Origin: Rhodosorus marinus CCMP1338
Taxonomy: Eukaryota; Plantae; Rhodophyta
Length of the DNA: 248,000 nucleotides
Direction: 5' to 3'
Assembly (NCBI GenBank): GCA_029953675.1
Contig: JAMWBK010000001.1
Location: 1,260,001-1,508,000 of the forward strand
A model generated the notes under the pieces. That model was not told where the DNA came from, made no database searches, and worked only from the letters and a program-made list of their open reading frames with translations. Below, one piece after another: positions 1 to 14,700 of this stretch. The translations under genes and the position numbers were made by a program. Position 1 is the stretch's first letter. Each line of letters opens with the position of its first letter.

Positions 1-408
1 CGCGAGACGCAATAGAACGAGCTGCAAGGCACACGCATGAAGTAGAGGCCCACAAGGATCGCCTTGTTGGACGCCAGTATGTGCTTGGAGAACAGCGAAA
101 ACAACCATGTATTTGCATTTGCCAATATCGCCCAAGCTCTCTCTGTGACGGCCAAACCTGGCAAAACGCTTTCAACAGCAGATGTATACGTAAATTAATG
201 GTGATCCCTTTTAGTAACAGTTTGCTACCTCTTCGTGCACTCCCTCTGGGCGGATCAGATTTGGAGAAAAATGCCTTGAAGCTAGGACAGCTGTCCTAGC
301 CTTTTGTTGTGTTTATTTCAAACAGAGTTCTTCAAAGCATCCTCCGAAAAAGCAAGCGGATGGGTTTTGTATGGACCTTGCTTTTGAGATTTGAGTTTGG
401 CTCTCTTT

Positions 409-1198
409 CTATTCGAGTCCACACCTCCTCCTGCAGTCCCGAGAGATCTCTCTCATCATGGCGTCGTTACGGAACCTGTCGATCCTGGGCTGGTTGACTC
501 TGAAGATGGTCTGGAGGAGGTTGTCCGGGAAGTTGTAGATGGAGTCGGGGAAATTGACAGCTCCGGGGTCCTCGTTGCTGAGCGCTGCAAAGAATTGTGC
601 CGGTTTGCAGCTGTTGTTAATCTGGAAGTGCGGCAGACCCTGTGGGAATATCGTCCCTTGTCCGGCCTTGAGAGTGTTGATGAGGGTACGGGTCTGGAAC
701 TCTGAGGGTCGTAGACGCGAGAGGATTGCGGGTTTTAGGTGGAGGTAGTGGAAGCGAGGTTTCAGGATGTTTTTCTTACCCTCAGTAAATCCGACGACGA
801 ACTTGCTGCCCTTGATGAGGTAGAGGAATTCAGTCGCGCGGGGGTGATTGTGCGGGTTGTTCACTACGATCGAGAAAAAAAACAGAGAGAGAGAGAGAGA
901 TAGTCATATGATTCTCAGATTCGAGTGCATGATCATGGCTATTTGTGCAGCACGTACTTCCACATGGCTCAATGTTAGCCAGAGCAGCAGCAACGCCCTG
1001 CTTCTTCAATACCGGGAAGGTGTTGAGGAAAGCTGGGATCAAGGTCGTTCCAATACCGTTCTGCAGCATCGGTCCCTCACTAAAGTCAAACACAAAGTCC
1101 TTCTCGGAGAATTCCTGACGCTTCTCGAGCTCAGTCAACGAACTTCCCGCCAACGCCAGTCCCACCAGAACCGCCACAACACTCACAATCTTCATCAT
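409..1198 (-). CDS. Germin-like/spherulin-type cupin, secreted, 3 exons (copy 1)
   Basis: Signal peptide MMKIVSVVAVLVGLALA; germin box PHNHPRATE plus LPHFQ; two GT-AG introns (GGA A|gtacgt...tag|TG AAC and GAG G|gtaaga...cag|AG TTC) join the ORF-track pieces; ends CRRRCGLE*. Confidence 0.9.
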
Positions 1199-2250
1199 CT
1201 TGCTTTAGTCTATTGATCTTCTGATTCTTACTTCTTTTACTAGTCACCTTGTATTGATATCCTCTTCCTCATCTCTCTAGAGCTCTTCAGATAATCTCGG
1301 CCTTCTTATACAGGCCAAAGTTGACCCCAGGACCTCCCTCAACGAAGCCTAGTTCGCCCACAAAACTCTGTTTTGCCCCTTTTCAGACCGAAAAGTACAG
1401 ACTCTGAGCCAACGCGGATGTTAAGATCTGTGGTGAGGGCAGAAGCGTCATTATCGTTCATTTGAATGTCAATCCTTGCCCGAGCACCGTTGCCAGTCCC
1501 TCTTTTTTCCGGAGCATTATTTGCACAACATGCCCAAGTTGTGCAGCTAGCGAAGAGGTGGCCGCTGTCAGCATTTATTTGCCCTGGTTTGAACGGGACG
1601 TGGCTGATGAGGAGAAACGGATTTTGCTGCATGTTGGGGAAGTAGGTGAGGGGAACACAGGAGGTGCAAATTGTCGGACTCAGGTCTGTGGAGAATTTTG
1701 CCTAATTGGGATGTGATCGCGGGAACTGAATATAGGATTTCCTGAGGTCAAAAGCAATTATGATTATTAAAACAGAAACGGCAGTTGCTTGTAGCCTTCC
1801 CTAGCCCCAATCCGCAAACAGTGACGGCGAAAGAAGCTCCATGGTTCATTCCAGCTTTTACCAGCGCCAGCGCCCGTAATTCACCCTAAAAACTAAATGC
1901 CAGGACGATCAAATGAACCCTTTTTTGTGTTTATCATGCCATCCAGTACCCCTAAAATCCACCCCCTTCGCTTCAAAGACGCTGTACAACTCAGTTTGGG
2001 CTTTTCGCGGGGGTCAGGGTCAAAGTTGTCAGTCAAAGCAAAAGCAATAAAACAGAAACAAATAGACCCATTCAGTCAAAATATCATCACCCCGGCGAGC
2101 AAATTGAGCGCTATAATATCGTTAAGCACTAATAAGTTCAGTCAAAACTACCTTGAAAATAAAAAATTAAAATTATATTCAATCAGTTTTTGCCTAAGAC
2201 GTTTGCACGGTGAGCAAAATAGTTAAATAAATACTATGAAATCGAAGACT

Positions 2251-3240
2251 TAGAACGAATGGTTTAATCGGAGGCTGAAAAAAAAAACTCCGAGGGGAAA
2301 AAAAGACTAAGCGAACGAATGGTTTAATCGGAGGCTGAAAAAAAAAACCCCGAGGGGAAAAAAAGACTAAGCGCGGCGAAGTACTCGCGCCTCCAACATC
2401 AAAGCGGCATTCATGCGCCACAGCAGGAAACTTAAGCGGGTAAACAACGATTGAAGACGGTCAGGGCGTTCGCGGAACAACTCCCGAAGCCAGCGAGAAC
2501 CAACAGAGTCCATGAACCCAAAGCACTCAATGATCAGGGGTACCAAGCGATGTGCTAGTGCCGAAGCACGAACACCAGGGGAAGACAAAGCCCCCGCGTA
2601 TTTGATCTCTTTGCGGCGTCTCATGCTGGCGGCGGCAGATCCACGGCGCTCCCCCGCAGCCGGGAGATAACGACTAGCTTGAGGGTTAGGAACAGCAAGA
2701 TCAACATATGTGGTACGGCGGCTGTCGTCACAGGTGATCACCAGGTCGGCTACACGGCGTTCATCATTTTGAAAGTCCGCGACGGGTAAAGGTTTCTCAC
2801 GTTCGATTTCCAGACCGGCTTGCCGGACTATAGGCCGAAGTTCCCCGTATAACAGGTTCAAGATCCGTGTGTGGCGGCGGGTTCGAGCACCTTTCACCGC
2901 CGGGCAACTAGCGAGCAGGTGGGCGCCAAAATCTGCGTTGTCTTCAGTCTGAGAGCAGAGAGGGCACGACGAACCCATCTCGTACGGCCAAGGGGGCTGA
3001 TGTAAGCCGAGGTATAAGCGCAGTGAAGTACGCACTTCGATATCCGACAGTTTGAGTGGCGGAAAGGCTGGTACGGTCATGAGCCACTGAGAGCTAATAA
3101 CCCCTCCAAGACTACGTAGGCGGGCGCGAGCGCGAGAAGATGAGACCATCTGCGCGAGGAGTCGGCCATATGCAGCACGGTGCAAGTCCCAAGAAAGGAT
3201 ATTTTGCAGCGCATCCGTGCGTGAGGGGAAAAAAAGACTA
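2251..3240 (-). mobile_element. Family B RLE non-LTR retrotransposon, 5'-truncated, with duplicated 3' tail
   Basis: CPLC...HLLASC finger, RRHTR, VADLV..YVDLA endonuclease, ends LEARVLRRA*; 3' UTR tttttttcccctcgg..aaaccattcgtt present twice. Confidence 0.9.
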
Positions 3241-4089
3241 AGCGCGGCGAAGTACTCGCGAAGACTTAGATGGGTTCCGAGCATGCCGAATGAATCTGGA
3301 TTTCTTCTGGATTGACTATCAGTCAATTTCTTAATACGGTGAGCAAATTTCTTGGCTTGGCAAATGGTGGAGAGGCAGAGGCAGAGACAGAGTGTGGAGG
3401 CTGGAGGGGTATCAAGAGAGACAGGATACGATGAAGGTGACACTTTTATTCATCATGTGAAAAATTTCCGTAGCGAGAGAGAAAGAGAAAGAAAGAATGT
3501 GGGGATGTGTGTGAGTGGTTATGGATTTGGAGGACGCTGGTGAGTAGAACCCATACTCTTGCAGGTGCGGGTTAGGGCACGGTCAGGTTCAATGATTGCG
3601 GGCTCCTGGCATAGCGGTAACGTATAAAGGGCTATAGATTGATAGATACTTTGGAACATGTCTCTGGACTGACCTGAACCGTTTTTGCCAGTAGCACGGA
3701 GCCGTGTTTTCTGTCGGCAACGGAAGTCACTCAGTTGCCCTATCCGAACGTTGGACTTGTTTCATGTCGTGTAGGCCACTTCAAGCTGATTGAATCTAAC
3801 TGCTCGAAAATTTACTAGCTCGCCCATCGAGGATCCTTGAGACGCCATGTACAGACTGCTGTCTGGCCAGCACTCTCAAGACTACTGGTGTGGCAAAAGC
3901 TCAGTGGGAAGGAAACACGACGAAACCCAATTCTTCGGTGCAGAAGATTTTCATTTGAGAATCTAATCTCCAACCAAGTTGAGCCATCTCCGCAAGTCCT
4001 AGCGAATCCTCAAATATTCTAACGCTTACTTCAGTACAGAGTATAGCTCCAAGGATACTGAAGAAAAGCAAAATCAACAAGAGCCGGAG

Positions 4090-5260
4090 ACCAGATATCG
4101 AATGAGTTTGTTTAATCGGAGACTGAAAGAAAAAACCCCGAGGGTGAAAAAAAGACTATGGGCGGGGAAGTTCGCGCCCCTCCAACATCAGATCAGCGTT
4201 CATACGCCACAGCAAGAAACTGAAAAGGATAAATAACGAGGACAGACGGTCCGGACGTTCGAGGAACAACTCTCGAAGCCAGCGAGAACCAACGGAATCC
4301 ATAAACCTAAAGCACTCAATGACCAGAGGTACCCGGCGATGAGCTAGAGCCGAAACACGAATGTCTGGGGAAGACGAAGCCCTCGTTTATTTCAACTCCT
4401 TGCGACGTCTCATACTGCAGCGGCAAATCGAAAGCGCTCTCCCGCAGCCGGCAAATAACGACTAGCCTGAAGATTATAATCCATGCCACCGCCACGATTG
4501 GCATGGATTGGTTACTCGTATCTGCGCATTATACCCGGCGTAGCGCTTAAGTCTACGCTAGTTGTTGTTGTTGTTGCTGTGAGCCTATGCTAGTAGTTGA
4601 GGGTCGGTCTCACCGGTTCCAGCCATTCATTGTGGAAAGCTTTGGTCACGTCGATAAGTCGGGTTTAGAGTGGTTGCGGAAATGTTTTGTTGAGCATCCT
4701 ACTGAATATTTGGCGCTCTTGAGGCGTTTAAGTGTCTCCCTTTGGCGATATTCCAGCGACATGCTTTCCGAGGCGCGCCATCGGCGCCTGGGGTTGCATG
4801 CTTCCCTCCCTAGTTATTAGTTCATCTTCACGCCTTGCGTAGCGCGTAGTAAAACCACGTGGCGATATTTGAGCAGTAAAACCACGTGGAAAGCGCCCAT
4901 CTCACGGCTGCCGCCCGCCGCCGGGGAGCAGCGGCTTCCGCCCTTCGCCGCGTGAATGAACGACGGTATGCTGAGAGTATGCCTCGCGCTGAGGGTCGCT
5001 CCCACCGGTTCCAGCCTTTCATTGTGGAAAGCTTTGGTCACGTGGAGAAGGCGGGTTTGGATTGGTTGCGGAAATATTTTACTGAGCATCCTGTTGAATA
5101 CTTGGAACTTTTGCGGCTTTTAAGTGTCTCTCTGTGGCGACATTCGAGTAGCATGGTTTCCGAAGCGCGCCATAGGCGCCTGGGTTTGCACGCTTCCCTA
5201 CCTAGTTCTTAGTTCCTTTTCACGCCTTGCGTAGCGCTTCAGGCTATGCTAATAAAGTCC
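4090..5260. mobile_element. Degenerate family B (minus) and family A-like 3' fragments (plus)
   Basis: Fragments matching FQPFIVESFGHV..RHRRLGLHASLPS and the B 3' UTR. Confidence 0.8.
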
Positions 5261-6289
5261 AATAAAGCAGTAAAACCATCAAATAAAGCCAGTAAAACCA
5301 TCGCCACCGCAACACAATAGCTCTTCCTAGCGCTTTTCTCTCTGTGGCCGATGAAGCGACAAAATCGCCGGAGCGCAAGATTAGCACTACCAAAAAAGGC
5401 ACTAAAGCTCCATCTCTGGTCGCCGAAAACATTGGCGAACCTCTCCAGGCCCGAAGCTTTCGAGTGGTGACCAACCTTTTTCCAAAGGTGAGGACTTCTC
5501 CCTCGTCGAGGGGCAGGTTGGCCAGACTCTCTACACACTGAGGCTCCCCGTCTGAAATATTGTAGCCGACACAACACCGCACCTCTGAGCTGCAGACTGA
5601 AGATGAAGTCGCCCACGTGAAGACGTTGGACGAACAGTACGATGCAATAAGGTCGAGCAAGCGAGAAAGTCAGTACGACTTATCGCCATGGAACGCGAGG
5701 ATATGATCCTCGTAGCTCTTGCATCTTGCAAAACTACAAGCGAATGTGTAGGGAGGGCTTAGATTTTCTCCAAGCAGGCACTAGACATCTCCGTGCTGGA
5801 TAAAAACGCCGAGATAGCGCTCTGGCACAACTGAATCGCATCATGTAAGAAGGGATTGCTGAGCATGCCGATCAAGTCTTAGATAGATCCTAACGTAGCA
5901 TGAGCTCCCTGGCTATCCGGTTGCGGTTTCCTTAGAGCACCTTGAGCGTGCTAGTGTCCCGGTACGGGAAGGAGCTCCCAAAGCAGGCGTGCTTTACACA
6001 AAAGTTTCTAAAAAGGGTAGCGGACAAGGAGGTCTCGGGGTATGGACTCGACTTTATAAAGTGAGCTCTTCCTGCCTTCTCTCCCTCGCTCAGCTCTTGA
6101 TAGCTCTGAACTATGTGTGGTTGATAGTACAAGTACGCCAAAGGAACAGATGGGATGACAAAAAGGAAACCTAGGACGCCTTGTTCTCGGTATTTGGTTG
6201 AGAATCCTCGTGCTTTAGTATGGGGTCCTCTCGCTAACGACCAGAAGGGCTTTGCATCTTGGTTTTGCGATTTGAGTTCAGAACTCTTT

Positions 6290-7063
6290 CTATTCGAATC
6301 CACACCTCCTCCTGCAGTCCCGAGAGATCTCTCTCATCATGGCGTCACTCCGGAACCTATCGAGTCTGCCCTGGTTGACTCTGAATATGGTCTGGAGGAG
6401 GTTGTCCGGGAAGTTGTAGATGGAGTCGGGGAAATTGACGGCTCCGGGGTCCTCGTTGCTGAGTGCTGCAAAGAATTGTGCCGGTTTGCAGCTGTTGTTA
6501 ATCTGGAAGTGCGGCAGACCCTGTGGGAAGATCGTCCCTTGTCCGGCCTTGAGAGTGTTGATGAGGGTACGGGTCTGGAACTCTGAGGGTCGTAGAAAAA
6601 CGGATTGCGGGTTTTAGGTGGAGGTACTGGAAGCGAGGTTTCCTGATGTTTTTCTTACCCTCAGTGAATCCGACGACGAACTTGCTGCCCTTGATGAGGT
6701 AGAGGAACTCGGTCGCACGGGGGTGATTGTGTGGGTTGTTCACTACGATCGAGAAAAAAAACAGAGATTCAGAAGATTCTCAGATTCGAGTGCGTTACCA
6801 TGTCTATGTGTGCAGCACATACTTCCACATGGCTCAATGTTAACCAGAGCAGCAGCAACGCCCTGCTTCTTCAATACCGGGAAGGTGTTGAGGAAAGCTG
6901 GGATCAGGGTAGTTCCAATACCGTTCTGCAGCATCGGTCCCTCACTAAAGTCAAACACAAAGTCCTTCTCGGAGAATTCCTGACGCTTCTCGAGCTCAGT
7001 CAACGAACTTCCCGCCAACGCCAGTCCCACCAGAACCGCCACAACGCTCACAATCTTCATCAT
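6290..7063 (-). CDS. Germin-like cupin, secreted, 3 exons (copy 2)
   Basis: Near-identical to copy 1 with the same intron positions; PHNHPRATE; ends CRRRCGFE*. Confidence 0.88.
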
Positions 7064-9132
7064 CTTGCTTTAATCTATTGATCTTTTAATCTCTTTTCCG
7101 CTTCTCTGCTGCTTGCTTTGTTGAATGATTCATCCAGACGATTCCATTCCGTCTCTTCTCGGAATCGCTCTCTTTATAGTCTTCATAGCGAGATCCTCGA
7201 GTTACTCAGAGCATCTGGAAACCCGCGTACACGGTCGTGATGTCCTACCTAGAACACAGATTATGAGTTGAGAGGTCTCGAACTGCTATAGTGCTTTCTT
7301 CTCACATTTCTCATGTTTTGTACGGTGAGGTCTGAGGCCTACGTTATCCCCAAATTAGACTGTCAGGGTGGCGGTATTCTTTGCAATGCAAGTGGTGCGT
7401 ATGTACTATAGTAGAAGTACCTCCCCGAATTCGTGGAACGGTGGACGGACGCTCTACTACGGCTTACTGTTGCCGGGGTGTACTTGTGCTTGGCAGATGG
7501 ATACAATCCGTCGCTCCCCATTCTTAGGGCAATTTACGTAGAGATAAAAAAATGCATCGTATACATGGCGAAAGTCAACAAAAAAAACCCGTCAGGACAA
7601 TCTAACTTGTTGGGGAGGTTCTTCTGCCCAAAGAATTCATTCCGAGTTTTACCAATCCATGGCGACATTCGCCCCCTGTCCTCGCCGGAGAGCAGAACAA
7701 TCCCCGCCCTCTAAAATGCTCTCTAGACCCTCAGATCGGAGACGTACTCAATACTTTGGGCAAAGAATCCGATCACTCAACAGGTCAAAACTATCCATCA
7801 GCAGCCAAAACATCACACGATCCGAAATTCAGTCAAATTTATCCTAAGTCCAATCACCATTTTGTACGGTGAGCAAAAATTGTCCGCCTTGCCCCAATCC
7901 CAATAAAACTTAAACTTTAAATCCAAAACTTGTATTAGTTTGACCAATTAAAGGAAGGAAAATTCATATATGCACTTTATTTTACAGAATTATATATACT
8001 GTAAATGTATTACGAAATTAATTTAAACTTTGTATGTATAGAAACATAAATAAATCTATATACGGAATAAGAATATTTATTGTATGTTTATATTTTATTG
8101 CATGTTCAATGAAAATTGAACTTATTTCAGGGAAAATGAAGTTCCCCTATCGAAGGAATTTGTTTAATAGGAGACTGAAGGAAAAAAACCGCGAGGGGAA
8201 ACAAAGACTAAGCGCGGCGAAGATCGGGCGCCTCGAACATCAAAGCGGCGTTCATACGCCACAGTAAGCGACTTAAACGGGTAAACAAGGGGTACAAACG
8301 GTCAGGGCGGTCGGGGAACAATTCCCGAAGCCAACGAGAACCAACGGAATCCATAAACCCAAAGTACCCAATCAGCAGGGGTACCGGGCGATGAGCCAGA
8401 GCCGATGCACCAATACCGCATTTCTATCTGTGCTTGTTGGGCAGAATCTCTTCTGGACATTCTTTGAGGTGAAGGTTGCGCTCTATGTTTTGGGACTCCG
8501 CGATGTCATATGGGTCCGTACGACTCATCATTGAGTTTCTTTGAGTTGTTGGATAATTGTAGGTTGTAGCTGGCTTTGTTGTCTCTCTCGTAGCGGCTCC
8601 CCAGGGCATCCTTGATAGCCTCCCTCACCGAGGTGTCTTTCACCCTTTTCAAGGGGCTGCTTTGTTGTTGGACGCGCATCACTCCCGATTCTCAGGGTAT
8701 TTGGTTTCTGAACAAAGGGATGATGAAGATCATTGGTCTGTTGGTCGGAAGAGGACGACGACGACTATCTTCCTACTCACCTGACATGACCTGGCGCATT
8801 GCAGTGCCGGGTCTGTATCCTCCCGGAAAAGCACGAACTCCGTAATTTCGAGGTCAAATTGCTTCTATTCTATTTAATTTTCAATGGAGAACCGGAAAAG
8901 GTTCAGGTGGTGGTGGTTTTTACTATCAGTACGTTACGCAGGGCGTAATGCGAGCTAGAAAAGGTCTACTTCAAACTGCTGAATGCAGCACTAGGGATGC
9001 GCAAGAAAAAATCAAGCAAGGTTATGGAGACCCCAGATCGTGATACCCTACTCCATTCTATGGGAGCAGTGTCCGGACAATAGCATCGCTACGCAAGGCA
9101 TAGATCGCCAAGCCAGCCGTAAAATGACATAG

Positions 9133-10630
9133 CTATCGATTCAAATCCAATCGCAAAAGGGTTTGTGCGTCGGCTTTGTGCTCTAGATGTTCCGTAGCTT
9201 CCGTGAGGAACTCTTCTACGGGGTTAGGTACTAAAAGCAAAACTAATTCAAAGGCGACTGTGGTGAACCTCGGGTAGCACTCGCCATAGATCGACACTGA
9301 ACCGGCGTAGGAGTCAAAAATACTGGTCAGAGTTGTCAACAGACCACTCCCAAGCTTGCCTAAGCTTTCCGCAATAAAGGAGTCTGCGGGCTGCCCTCAC
9401 CGCACGAAAGGCTGGGCATAATCTCTCCATACCCTCGTTCTTTCAGTCTGCGAAGAATAACAGCTGCTGCACCCCGGAGAAGGGCGCCGGATGGACAGCG
9501 AGTTCCAAATATTCTGAGCGTCAGGCGGCTGCGTCCGAAACCATCAGGTAAGCAATGCGTCAGGGGGGCGTGTTCGCCGAGGCCGATCGAGACAGCTCCG
9601 GTTCGACTTTGACAGTGTAGCCAACTCGCGTAAAATAATGTTCCCCTCAAGATGCAGTTCATGCGTGTGTGGCGTTTTGTTTAGAGACCTCTCAGGAGTC
9701 CACACGAGCTCAGAAAGTGGTAGCCACAACCGTTCATACGACTCACACAGCCTCGACAAAAGGAAGGTCGGTTGGATGGTGCAGGTAGGGCAACAAGTGG
9801 GAAATAATTTTTTTTCTTGGCCTACACAATGGAAGCGATCGCACCCACTACTTCGGGAATGAGCTCGCGGAGATCACTGAGATAACACGGAAAGCTCTCT
9901 AGACCGGCCGTTGCAGAAAGAGTGGGGCTGAACGTTTATTCCACTGTTCTACTTCGGGTGGGAATTGGACTCTGCGCCATAACCGCATTCGTGATGAACT
10001 CGCGCGTCACCTCCGCCTGTGGCACCTTCATGATCTTCAAGTTGAGCCTTACGGGGTTTTGAGGGTAGTCGTCTTCGACCAGACATTATCGTTCGTCATC
10101 ACCGCACAGGTAAGCTGTACGTAATTGCCGGCAAGGTGGAATCCCCACTACGAGCCCACCTCTTCGTTCGAGCCGCATGTCAAACTGGTTGTGCCGCAGC
10201 TAACGCTGAGGCCTGGAGGCGAGCCAAATATCGGGATGCCATCGGTGACCACAATGACTTCCAATTTGTACCCTTCGCCGTCGAAGGGTTTGGACGACTG
10301 GGGCAAGCGGCCCAAGATTTCATTACCGAAACTACTGCACATCTTGACAACGCTCTTCGCTTCGGTAGTTGGAATAAACGGAAAGATTGGGACCAGATTT
10401 TCCGGGGTCTGGTCCTGTTTCATTGTGGAAAGCTTTGGGCATCTGGAAAATTCCAGCTTGCAGGGCTGTGGAAATGGTTTGCTGACCATCCTGTCGAATG
10501 TTTGGGACTCCTATGCCCGTGAAGTGTTGCTCTCTGGGGATATTCTGGAAGCACGTTCGTAGAGGCGCCCCATCGCCGCCTGGGTTTGTACGCTTTTCTC
10601 CCTAGTTTCTAGTTCCTTTTCACGCCCTGC
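9133..10630. mobile_element. Decayed RLE retrotransposon fragments (additional family) plus A-like 3' end
   Basis: SPLRAHLF..AAANAEAWRRAKY..FVPFAVEGFGRLG endonuclease C-terminal motif; related fragments at 29537-30044 and 33350-33720. Confidence 0.7.
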
Positions 10631-10972
10631 GCTCCGCTTCAGTTTATGCTAGTAAATCTATTCGGACTCCGGGGTATAAAACTCGACTCGACTCCGGAAA
10701 GTCACTGGTCTTCCTGCATTCAATCCCATTGTCCCGCTAGTTTTAGAGCTGCTCTCTGCGGGGTTGATAGCAGAAGCACGCCGTAGGAACATATGGGGTG
10801 TTGAAAAAAGGAAATCTGGGACAGCAGTCCTAGTTTGGCTCTTGGTGTTTGTTTGAAAATCCCCGCGCTTTAGTATGGGGTCCCCTCGCTATCGACCAGA
10901 ATCTATTTGTTTAATCGGACCGGAAGGGCTTTGTATCCATCCTGGTTTTGCGATTTGAGTTTAGGACTCTTT

Positions 10973-11748
10973 CTATTCGAGTCCGCATCTCCTCCGGCAG
11001 TCCCTAGAGATCTCTCTCATCATGGCGTCAGTACGGAACCTATCGACTCTGCCCTGGTTGACCCTGAAGATGGTCTGGAGGAGGTTGTCCGGGAAGTTGT
11101 AGATGGAGTCGGGGAAGTTGACGGCTCCGGGGTCCTCGTTGCTGACCGCCGCAAAGAATTGAGCCGGCTCGCAGCTGTTGTTGATCTGGAAGTGAGGCAA
11201 GCCCTGCGGGAAGATCGTCCCTTGTCCGGGCTTGAGGGTGTTGATGAGAGTACGAGTTTGGAACTCTGAGGGCCATAGAAAAAATGAATTGCCGGTTAGA
11301 TGGAGGTACTGGAAGCCAGGTTTTAGTGAGTTTTTCTTACCCTCTGTGAATCCGACGACGAACTTGCTGCCCTTGATGAGGTAGAGGAACTCGGTCGCAC
11401 GGGGGTGGTTGTGCGGGTTGTTCACTACGATTGAGAAAAACACAGCGAGTCATACGACTGTCAGATTCGATTACATAGCGGTATCCGTATGCCAAACTCA
11501 GACGTACCTCCACACGGCTCAATGTTAACCAGAGCAGCACCCAAACCCTGCTTCTGCAGCACCGGGAAGGTGTTGAGGAAAGCTGGGATCAGGGTCGTTC
11601 CAATACCGTTCTGCAGCATTGGTCCCTCACTAAAGTCAAACACAAAGTCCTTCTCGGAGAATTCCTGACGCTTCTCGAGCTCAGTCAATGTGCTTCCGGC
11701 CAACGCCAGTCCCATCAGAACCGCCACAACGCTCACAATCTTCATCAT
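10973..11748 (-). CDS. Germin-like cupin, secreted, 3 exons (copy 3, more diverged)
   Basis: Same signal peptide, germin box and intron phases as copies 1 and 2. Confidence 0.88.
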
Positions 11749-14700
11749 CTTGCTTTGGTCTATTGATTTTTTAATCTCTTTTCTGCTTCTCTGCTGCTTG
11801 CTTTGTTGAGTGATTTATCCAGATGATTCCATTCCGTTCTCTGCTCGCAATTGCTCTCTTTATAGTCATCACAGCAGCCCTACGAGGGACTCGGATGACC
11901 GGAAAAGCAAGTACACGGTTGTAGTGTCCCATATATAGCACATAATGCATGATTCTTCACGCGATTGCCATCATATCCAGGTATCCAGCTGCTACGGCGC
12001 AATGTTTCATCATTCTCATGTGTAGCACGGTGAGGTTTGAGCGCTAGGTTCTCCACAAGGTAGACCGTCAGGGTGCCGGTATCCATGCAGTGCAAGGAGT
12101 GAGTCTGTACTATAGCAGAAATATCTCCACAAGTTCATGGATCGGTGAACGGTTGTGTTAATACGGCTGACCGCTTTCGGGATGTGCTAGTGCGCATCCA
12201 GCTGAACACAATCCGTGTCTCCTGGTTTTTTGGCGGGGCTATTTTCGAGCAGGACTAAAAGTACCTCGTCGGGCATGTGGCGAAATCGAAGCCCTCCAGA
12301 AAACAAAACATCCAGACGATCTACCTTTTTGGGGAACTTTCTCTCCCGAGAGAAAACATTCGAGGTTTTCGCCTGTCCACATAATAACCTCACGTCGTTC
12401 GCCCGCCACCCACCTCAACCCTCCGCGAGAGAAAGATGTCTCCCGGCCTCTTAATTCCTCTCTCAGGACGTTGATATCAATGCATAGTCCCACTGTGAAG
12501 AGAAGCAACCCGACCACCCAACATATCCGAACTAATCCAAAGCACACAGAGCATCCCCAAAAAGACGACACTCAGTCAAACCAATCCTAAGTCCAATCAA
12601 TATTTTGCACGGCGAGCAAAACCGTCCGCTTTGCCCCAATCCCACAAACCCTCAGTATTTTAAATAAAAACATGATTACGAGTTTAATCAATTATCTAAA
12701 GTAAAAACTGAGACGTAAAATGTTATACCAAAATATAGTATCTCAACATAGTATTTAAATAGTATTATTGAGTATACGGATAAAACTTAATTAATTCTAT
12801 GTACTGAGGTAGAATTGGTAGTGTAGTTTAGTAATTTAATCGGGGTGGTTGAAATTTGAATTATTTCAGGTAATGGGTTTTCTCTTATGTACTTTTTTTT
12901 TTTTTTTTGTGTTTCTCCCTCACCGCCCTGCTTAAACCATTCGTCGCTTCCGAAGTGAGCAAGAAATTCTTCCTGATTGGGAGCAGGGTTGGAGATTAGG
13001 TATACGTTTTGGTAGATTTGTTAGGGCTGGGGTTAAGAAACTGGTAAAGATCACGTCTGAAGTTGTTTTCGGAAAGATCCAACCAGATCCTTCTGGGGGG
13101 GGGGGTGTTCTTTGTCGAAGTGTTTGGAATACTGAGCGGTGGCGAAACCCGTTGACCTTGCCCGTTAGGTTAGGGGAGGGTCTTGCTCTTGAAGACACCA
13201 ATGCGAAACAGATTATCTGGTCTAATGATCCACGAGGCCGAGGTATCTCCGCGTAGAAGCATGTACGGTGAGCATAGGTTGACCGGTCGATGTGGCGGCG
13301 CGACGCTCCAGAAGCTATTTTTCTGCGACCCAGGAGCCGAGTCTGGTTGCACTTCCGAATTTTTGCCCTCCAAAAGTTGTTTTTCTCTCTTCTTCTGTAC
13401 CTCTTAACACTGGTAAGATGTTTTCGGTGCTTACGCGCACTCCGGGGGTGCGCACATGCTAAGTCGGAAATCGCCGGGTTTTCTCTGCAGTCCGAATTGT
13501 TATTTGTGCAGAGCGCAAGGACTTCTTGCCGCCAGATTTCTGCTCACGGAATGATCTCAGGACCTCAATTCGATGTCTCAGAACTCAAGTACATGAGCAG
13601 CACAGGCACGAATCGTGAGCTTCTACGTCCGCGTTGAGGAAACATCCACGCTGCTAGATCAAATTTCCACAGCACGACTCTTGTTTGAATCATAGATATC
13701 TCTACTTCTCGTCAAATACCTAGAAGTATGAAATCTAGAACACCTCAGACCAACTATTATTTCACTATTTCAGTATAAATATCAATATGGGTTCAGTCTG
13801 ATGAACCTAGAACATGATAGAGTATTTTACCTAGCGAATCAGTAAGGGATCTCAGTCATCACTTCGAGAATGTGTTCGCCGAGATCATTGAGATCACGCG
13901 GAGAGACCCTAGGGATGAGTAGAAGGTCCGTCTCCTCAGGAGGTAAGTTCAGGGACAAGGTACACGTCTTTCAATATCAATTCCGCGGCTTGTCTAAGAG
14001 GGAAATCGGGGTCTCCCTTTCCAACGGCAGGACTTGTAGACTCGTTCCCGAAGTAGATGGGCACTGGGTAGATCCCCTTAACCTGATATTCTTGAAGTAG
14101 TGCGTCTCATTGCAGACGTGATCGGTGCAACCGGCCGTGGGCCACAAGTGCCTCCGCAGGGTAGATAGTCTCTGAAGAACGAATTGCTCTTGTTCATCTA
14201 GGCGGGTGACTGTAGTGACAACCACAGACTTTGGCTCTATGCAGCGCTAATACAAGTATAGAATGTAAGAAGCCCGCTCAACGGGGTAGTAGACTAGATT
14301 CTAAACCAACACGTTCATGATCAAGGGTACCAGGCGAAGAGATAAAACCGAAGCTCGAATTCTCGGGGTAGACATAGGCCCCCGCGTATTTCACAGCTTT
14401 TGTACGGTGATGGTGTTAGCAGCAGCTCCACGGCTCTCCCTCGGCGCCGGCAGAGAACAGCCAACCTTGGGCTTGGCAAAAGCACGATCACCATATGGTG
14501 ATCGTGCTTTTATGTTGGGCGACGACTACCTTCGCACAAAAATCATGTGGTCGGCAACACAGCGCTCTGCGTGAAAGTTCGTCCGTCACGGGCAGGGGGT
14601 CCTCACGTTCAATCTCGAGGCCCGGATTTGCCTGACAATAGGCCATATTGAATAAATCGGTTAGTCAGAGAGTGAAACAGAAAAAAAACGTGGGGAAAGA

